Assembly: GCA_040954595.2 (NCBI GenBank)
Contig: CM082582.2
Span: 7,566,063 to 7,630,062, forward strand
Source of the DNA: Balanoglossus misakiensis
Taxonomy: Eukaryota > Animalia > Hemichordata
Length of the DNA: 64,000 nt
Direction: 5' to 3'
A program made the position numbers and the translations under genes. A model generated the notes under the pieces. It saw only the letters and a list, made by a program, of their open reading frames with translations, was not told where the DNA came from and did not search any database. This document shows, piece by piece, positions 46,691-64,000 of the stretch. Position 1 is the stretch's first letter. Every line of letters starts with the position of its first letter.

Positions 46691-49600
46691 ACATATAAAA
46701 GACACCACAAAACATGGTTGCCATGATATGATGGGTGAAGAAAGTGGATAAAAATTAAAAATCAGTTTTAAAACGCCTTATTTTTATGAATTTAAGAGGA
46801 TACCATTTTAATCTGCTATACTCTAGAATTACTGTTATTCGAGTACTAGTAATGCAGTTTCAGAAATTAATTCAGATTCCTTAGAATTCAGTGATCTGTT
46901 TCACTGAACTGGTGCTATATTTTATCCATGGCAACAACGCAACAACTATGAATAGCGCCCCCACGAGCTCAGATATTTCAACGTGAACGATCACTCATAT
47001 ATACCACCACATACCATGGAAACAACTGGTAGAACAGGCAGTTAAACAAGTACAAAGTCCCTTCCCTGCTATGATGCATTTCCCAGAACAGGAGCATGAG
47101 ACTTTTCAAGCGCCACAATGAATTATCAAGAGCATGTTTTAATAGTTTGTATAAATGCTGCATGCATCAGTCCACAATTGTTTGCAGTTACTCTCCTGAA
47201 GTACGATGTAATTTGAAATGGAGGCAGAAATGTCGATTTGCAGTAAAGTATTGAAAATCATAGTTTGGTCGACCTTTTGGCATTGCTGTTGCCTCCAGCT
47301 GACTTCTTGACTTCTGTTTTGGTCTCGGTTACCCAGACCCCTGACGAAGACGCCGAACACTCTTTTTCGTCTCCCCCCCCCCCAAAGACTCCCACTCACT
47401 TTAATACATGTGTAGTAAAAATTTGAAAGGTTTGGAGGACTATCCTTTTTCTGAAAATCTGTCCCCGCGGCGCTACTATCCTCAAAACAAGACATTATCA
47501 TGCTCATTTTGGACCATGATATGGATTCAGCGCGTCTCTAATTTACTTTGATTTGAAGTTCCAAGCAGGACGCAGGCTTTGAACGGCAGATCGTCTTGGA
47601 AACAAGATCGTCAATGCACCGTGGCTGACCCAGTAGCTTATTATTCTACACAACCTTGACGATAGAAGGGGTTAAATTACTAGAAGAATGCTTATTTTTC
47701 TACAGTGACACCCCAAGGCGCCCTGTTGTAGATTTAATTTGCACAATTTCCCTCCCTATGCTCTCCTTTCCCGGAAAATGGCGTGTAGGCCTATGCGCAA
47801 GATAACATCAGGACGAAAATCGACTTCTATTTGATGGGATTCGAGACAAGATCTGCCGTAATACAATTCGCGTGGAAAGCAAATCCGTGCAAAAATATCA
47901 CTCGGCGTGGACAATCCACATATCTCGAGTTATAAGTCCCGAACAAGAAACTCGATTAACATTCAGTAGGGTTACATTTTCATAGTAATCAGGGGGGGGG
48001 GGGGTCTTTCTTTGCTTCGACGTCACTCCAACTCGAAACATTTGCAAATAGTGTTTGTTTGAGACATATTTATTCCGTGACACTCTACCTGTGCATGCGC
48101 TGATGTAAATTTTAATACCTATATTTTCGGCAAGCACCGGCAAATCCATAGGTGAAGTGGAAGTTTGTGCGTGCTATGTATAGGATCAGCCAGTCCTTCA
48201 AGTACCGTACGGTAGCAAAGCTCTCATATGAACGCTTCAGTGCGCTTCAACACACTCTCACCTTTGCGTGTTCTGGAAGCGTTTTAAAATGCCACGTACA
48301 GATTGCTGATATCCCATCGGATTCTATTAAAGAGCTTTTCGGTTTCTCGTTTGATAACCATTTCTGTCAAGATACTTAGGGGGAAAGAGAAGACGGGGGA
48401 AATTAAATAGACAAACAGACCCTGCGGTTATTCCAGGCGAAATGAGTTCACTGTAATGCATCTGGCGTTCTGGGTCGGTTCTCATTTGCATATTTTATTT
48501 GTACGATTCTCGACGTATAAAATAAGACGTTGTTCTACTTTATTGTTGGTTCATGTCAGACAGGCTGGCAGTGACGGGCATTTTAATTTCAAAATCACGG
48601 TGGGTAAAGTTGTTGCAACGGCAAGTTATTGAACTGACATGCACTGACCGAAGAGTGGTTTTGTCCAACCAACCTTTAAAGCCCTTCGTTTAATGGAATT
48701 GCCGGCGGGTTTTTTATTCAGAATCGCGTGAAATTGCCGTCGTATATATGAAAACAGGGAGACCCGGCCAAGTGACGTGAACAACCAGCCAGATATTCGC
48801 CATCGACGTGAAGAAGTGTTTTAACTCAGAGAGAAAAAAATGTTGAATTATTCTTGTCTGTCTGAACTGTACATCCAACTAACACGGGCTATCATCCGCC
48901 GATAGATTCAAGCGTTGTGAAGTTTTCCCGTGTTTTGTCACAAATAATCTTCGTTTGAATGTCAGCCTCTAAAATCTTGCGATGTTTAGGATTTGAACAA
49001 ACTGAAGGAATATAATCGGCTTTTTTTATGAAATGGACCCTGCTCATCTTAGATATTCTATGTAGTAGTCTCCCTGTTTCTGAACATTTAAACTAATCCA
49101 CACTTTCTTTTAAATTCTTGAATATCTAGTTTCACTTCTTCTGGGTAATAACTGCGTTTCTGAGTTCGTGAGATCGTATGAAGAAATAATATTAATAACG
49201 TTATTAGGATTCCCGTCGCGACACACATGCAGTGCCTGTAAAGTTAACACTACCAAAAGAAGACCCGAACTTGTAATACGTTATACATCACTAATCTTCA
49301 CACACACTCTCATGTCGTGACATCAATAACCATGTAAGCTCTAACTAGACTGGGAAAACATGTGAAGATTAGAACGGAGTTTCCTATTCAATATGGTTTA
49401 ATCGGGCCCCGAGTGCAAATTTTTACTTCTATTGTCAATAACGTTATTTCAGAATCATTCAACTGTAGTCCAACGCCGGCGACATGTGCAGTTCTCTGGA
49501 AGAGTTTTTGCTAAAAAAAAAGATTATTCCCGTTCCTTTCCGTGTCAAAATAACATTTTGTACCACAAATGGCTCAGCAAAAAATTCAATGCGCAAAACC

Positions 49601-51589
49601 CCAAATAAATGAGCGTTTTTAGGTCATTTCAAACAGGCAACTTTAATAGGCCCTACGTCTACGAGTCGATTATATTATAATGTCCGGGTAACGCGAAAAC
49701 CGCTGTGTGTATTAAAAGGAGAGAAACCAAGACATCTAGTATCGCCTGTATATTGGCATCATTAACCAAGTCACAAACACGGTCGCCATTTAATCATCTC
49801 CGAAGACATTCATGGCTACCACATGAACTAATGGCAACTTGGAAATTGAATAAATCAGATTGTTCATAACAAAAGACACCCCTTGCTAAGTTCGTATTGA
49901 TCCATAATGCATGTATTAACCCCATTAGTCCTCCCAGAACGAGTGATAACATACGATTCTCTCAATATGTCCCAATGGAAGTGTATGTCGAACACTTTTC
50001 CGTGCAAAATACTGTTAAGAGCGGTTTACATCATAATTTACCAGTCCACAAATTGAAAATAGGTTAGAGAAAACATCGTTCATTTTAACGAATGCCGTTC
50101 TTCGGGCAGCATTCGGGCAACTTTTGCGATTCTGTTCAGTGCCTGTGGTGGGAAGCGGATTGATTCATCTCGGGCGAAGTAGTCAAATCGAATTAGTAGA
50201 CGATTATTCCAAATCATGCGAATCTTCTGAACTGCCGTCAGCAAAATCGAAGTCGTCGGTAGCAGCGCCAGAGCGGCACATTCGTCCGTCGTATAACATC
50301 AAACGTGTCATCAGCTGCTTCACTAGTTCCAAGAAGAAGAAAAAACCTGCAACAAGTTACACGACTATTCGGTGAGCACGTTCATCAGGGTCGACCGTGA
50401 CAATGAAGTGAATTCAATATCAGATGAATAGGGAAGCCTAGGGGCAAATACTGAGGTTGGGTCAAGTAAACCCATAGAACCAATTAAATATAACCGGGAA
50501 AGCGTTATTTTAGATACTGTATTTTAAAAACATTTTCTCTATAATGAATGTAATTGACGTTGGCCTATTTTACTTTCAATGTGTTCATGTTAAATTGGTC
50601 GTTTACGAAAAATATCATTTATTCCCGAAAAAAAATGTTTCAATATGTTGTAAATTTCTCAGGTCGGACTGGTGGATTTAGCTTGGGTCAAGATCAAGGT
50701 TTCTGATCGAAATGACTTTGACCCAATTTTAGGGACACAGCACATACGTGATCTATTGGGATCATTAGGCAGGAATGCAAAAAATAGAGCCTAGACGAAA
50801 TTCCTGTCAGAAAAAGTGAACAGTTTATTGCTTATCTGTCATCAGTTCATATCAATTCAACACACATCGCCGGCATATCGTCCACATGATGGTTAAAAAG
50901 TCTTATTCAGAAAAAAAATGATAATCCTCTAGGCCTACATGGTCTGTTTCAAAACGCCCACACCAAGCTATTTTGACCTATTATTCTTATTTGACAGACT
51001 CGTGCGTCATCGAATTTATTGCAAAACACTGTTTTTCTTCTACATAAACATATTGGATGCGACATATAGGCTAATAGTGATGCCACTTTAAGCAATAAAT
51101 AAATCAGTTCATTTTTAAATGGCTTAACACGAAATCTGTCACGACTGCGAACTTTCTGACTAAAGAATAAAAAAATGCAAATGTCGCAAAGCTTAGACTT
51201 AAGGGTTTCTCCTAGTTTTTTCATTTCTATTGCTACAGAAACAGAATAATATGGTCTGGAGACTGTGATTGAAAATCACTAAAGGGAAGGCGCCCCCCCC
51301 CACCCCCGAATTATTTGATACGTGCAATTAATATCGATATTTTAGGCTAAGTAATCCTACTATATTGTAAAAAGTGGTTTTGCGGTTTCGTAAGGCTCAC
51401 CCCGCTCCCGTTGCTTGGTTACTGAGTACATTGTGTGCCGTCTGGCTCTGGTTGCGTCATTAACCAATACAAAACCACACAACTGTTGTAACAGTACAGA
51501 ATTTTCAGAAGACTTAAATGTTCTAACGCTAACTCAAGGCAGTATGCTCAGCACGGGGCTCACCGTCAGTTGTGTCACGATTTTCCGGT

Positions 51590-51830
51590 CCCAAGCGATC
51601 GTATGTCAATAGATGACGTTGCGCGCATAGCAAGATCTCGCGAGACTAGGTCAATTACCACAGCAACGGGTCATTAGCCAAACAATATAAGTCCAGTTTG
51701 TATAAAACTAGAATAGGCGCAGAGTTTAACAAAAATTATATAACTTTTGTGCCATTGAACATGATTGGACATGTTTCGTTTGTCCTGGGTCACGTGAGAG
51801 TAAACTGTGTAACCGCGCGAGATCTCGCAA
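51590..51830. promoter_or_regulatory. CpG-rich promoter-like region
   Basis: Palindromic TCTCGCGAGA at ~51636, CGCGAGATCTCGC at ~51816, E-box TCACGTGA at ~51790 and reverse CCAAT at ~51764. Confidence 0.55.
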
Positions 51831-52473
51831 GGTCCCGTGGAGTTTGGGAAATAGTCTATCATACGTTAATACTAATAGTAGCGCAAATGTTAGTCGACCG
51901 GGAATATATGGACATATGTAAATTACAGGTGATTGTGAATGTTTAACTTACAAAGAAGAATTCCATTGGTTAAAAATTAAATAACACTTCAAAGATATCA
52001 AAATGATTGTAGATGACAGATGTGCTCATAAATGGATCCTCATGGTGCACTCCAGGTCTCGTATATATACAAAATATAAGTTGATAATACTATTTTCCTT
52101 GAGGAATGTATTTGTAAATTTTGTGTCGACTTGCCAGTACAATATCTTTATAAAAGTTTTAATTTTAATTTGGTTATTATAATACATTCAGTGCGTTCCT
52201 CTTGTAGGAAAACATCGCCCCAACCTTCGTGCAGGCGTTATATATACAAGAAATTTGGCTTAATTAATACATAGGCACTTGTTAACGGACGTGTGTTCCT
52301 CACAAAACGAATATGTTTTGACAAACTGGACCGTGGCACAGTCCGCATATTCCATTGCAAGCACTGGGAACAACGTTCCACCAGGACTTGGAACCAACAT
52401 CTGCCCGCTGGTACAGTATTTGTTCTCGGTAATTACTGTATATTGATAAAGTGATATTTTCCTCGTGCGTCCA

Positions 52474-63968
<11,495 letters not shown>

Positions 63969-64000
63969 CCTTGTGTGTATTGCCCGTGTTTGTTCCGTAC

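Overview
This is intron-rich eukaryotic (invertebrate animal-like) DNA, and most of the supplied ORF track is noise or single exons. Nine protein-coding genes could be assembled by hand with phase-consistent GT-AG exon chains. In order: casein kinase II alpha (-, truncated by the window start), CCDC113/CFAP263 (+), Sm D1 (+), LENG1 (-), CEP72 (+), two tandem TPPP/p25-alpha paralogs (-), ADCK5 (+), and a two-TM NIT-domain guanylyl cyclase (-). The most notable observations are: (1) a tandemly duplicated, apparently mutually exclusive 84-nt exon encoding the CK2-alpha catalytic loop ([10 protein letters not shown] vs [10 protein letters not shown]); (2) a receptor guanylyl cyclase with a bacterial-type nitrate/nitrite-sensing NIT domain and no kinase-homology domain; (3) a highly structured, G-U-rich multi-hairpin region in Sm D1 intron 1; (4) a U12-type intron in CEP72; (5) a 5.7-kb (CACCA)n satellite inside a divergent TPPP paralog; (6) a 4.4-kb TIR element in the cyclase intron containing a ~130-bp tandem repeat and repeated splice-acceptor cassettes; (7) a possible orphan spliced microprotein/lncRNA gene at 48-52 kb. 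All calls were made by eye; no database searches or folding programs were run.
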